A DNA stretch of 13,862 nucleotides, taken from IMG/VR virus record IMGVR_UViG_3300046315_000035. The stretch is one strand, 5' to 3'. Position numbers and translations under genes: made by a program. The stretch comes from a virus. Its lineage: Duplodnaviria > Heunggongvirae > Uroviricota > Caudoviricetes. This document shows, one piece after another, positions 12,886-13,862 of this stretch (the first letter of the stretch is position 1; each line of letters starts with the position of its first letter). Under the pieces are notes generated by a model. That model was not told the DNA's origin. It worked only from the letters and a program-made list of their open reading frames with translations, and searched no databases.

Positions 12886-13862
12886 ATGCCGTGGTCAGCA
12901 AATAATACAGTACCCGCTATTCAAAGTAAGTCTTTAAAGTTAAGGGAATTATTTGCAAAAGTAGCTAACGCTTCTCTCGATAAAGGTTTATCTGAACAAG
13001 AATCAATCTTCGCTGGAATTAACGCAGTAAAGATAGAAGAACGTAAGAATCAACCTGCAAAAGTAAAAGAACCTAAGAAACCTTCACACGTAGAATCCCT
13101 AAGAAGCTACACAAATCCTTTTGAAGTAGTTACTAAGGCTGAAAACGAACTACCTGTAGCTGCTACTGTAAAAGCTGCAGAATTTGACGCACAAGGTCAT
13201 CTTGTTATTTTAATGTCAGATGGTAGACGAGTAGTAACCAAAGGTAAAGCTGTAGAGCAACATATTGATCAAAGGATTGGTGTAAGCGTAAACCCTGTAT
13301 TTGACCATGTTCAAATGAACACAACTGCTAACTATACAGCAGAAGATAGAGTTCCCGGTATGCTCATTTGGAACGAATTTGAAGATTGTTTAGATATCGT
13401 ACAGAATGATAACACAATTCTTCAAGTAGGTCTTGAGCAATATATTGAAGTAATTAATAAAACAGATAGCACTTTAACCAATGGTTCCGTAGTTAGATTT
13501 TCTGGTGTTAGCTTAGATGAAATTCCAGAAGCAACACCTTTGCTTGCAGACGGTAGTATTCCTTCATTATACATTATTGGTGTCTTAACAAATACTTTGA
13601 TTCCCGGTCAAAGAGGTAGAGCTACTATTTTAGGTAAAGTTCGTAACCTTAATACTACAGGTTCTGATGTAGGTGAGACTTGGCAAAAAGGTACACTACT
13701 TTGGGCACACCCTACAATACCCGGAAAACTCACAAGCGTTCAACCAACTGCACCTAACGTAGTAATTTCAGTAGCTGCTGTTTTAAAAGCAGATGCAACT
13801 CAAGGTATTATCTTAGCAAGACCTGTGATCTTCCCTCGTTTATTTTACGGTGTTTTCTCAAG
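12886..13862 (+). CDS. Partial CDS (>325 aa): N-terminal ChaB-like domain fused to a beta-rich, probably virion-structural region
   Basis: AAAGGAG RBS; ATG12886 is open to the window end (hand-translated MPWSANNTVPAIQSKSLKLRELFAKVANASLDKGLSEQESIFAGINAVK...). Absent from the ORF track because it has no stop codon here. Confidence 0.8.
   Translation, partial: MPWSANNTVPAIQSKSLKLRELFAKVANASLDKGLSEQESIFAGINAVKIEERKNQPAKVKEPKKPSHVESLRSYTNPFEVVTKAENELPVAATVKAAEFDAQGHLVILMSDGRRVVTKGKAVEQHIDQRIGVSVNPVFDHVQMNTTANYTAEDRVPGMLIWNEFEDCLDIVQNDNTILQVGLEQYIEVINKTDSTLTNGSVVRFSGVSLDEIPEATPLLADGSIPSLYIIGVLTNTLIPGQRGRATILGKVRNLNTTGSDVGETWQKGTLLWAHPTIPGKLTSVQPTAPNVVISVAAVLKADATQGIILARPVIFPRLFYGVFS

Overview
This AT-rich window looks like the left end of a large tailed-phage genome; the layout resembles FelixO1/rV5/phi92-type myoviruses, which is an inference made without database searches. 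From left to right it contains: (i) a perfect 16-bp tandem array (21+ copies) next to helically phased DnaA-box-like 9-mers; (ii) a + strand cluster of small, probably early genes, including a GP88-like Cys-motif protein, in which three genes are each preceded by a related double-hairpin element, closed by a terminator; (iii) a convergent - strand operon (hypothetical, PhoH-like, ClpP-like); (iv) a divergent-promoter, repeat-rich intergenic region; (v) a degenerate HNH-like gene and a small CxxC protein; (vi) a tRNA cluster (Thr, Glu, Asn, Pro, Tyr) with an inserted HNH gene and two non-tRNA structured segments, one about 330 nt long; (vii) the packaging module (putative TerS, HNH, TerL, portal, GIY-YIG) followed by two ChaB-like genes, the last truncated by the window end. 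The best candidates for undescribed biology are the ~330-nt structured RNA upstream of terS, the repeated overlapping-hairpin gene leaders, the terminal array with DnaA boxes, and two tRNAs sharing a covarying non-canonical elbow. All folds, counts and family calls were made by eye and need computational confirmation.
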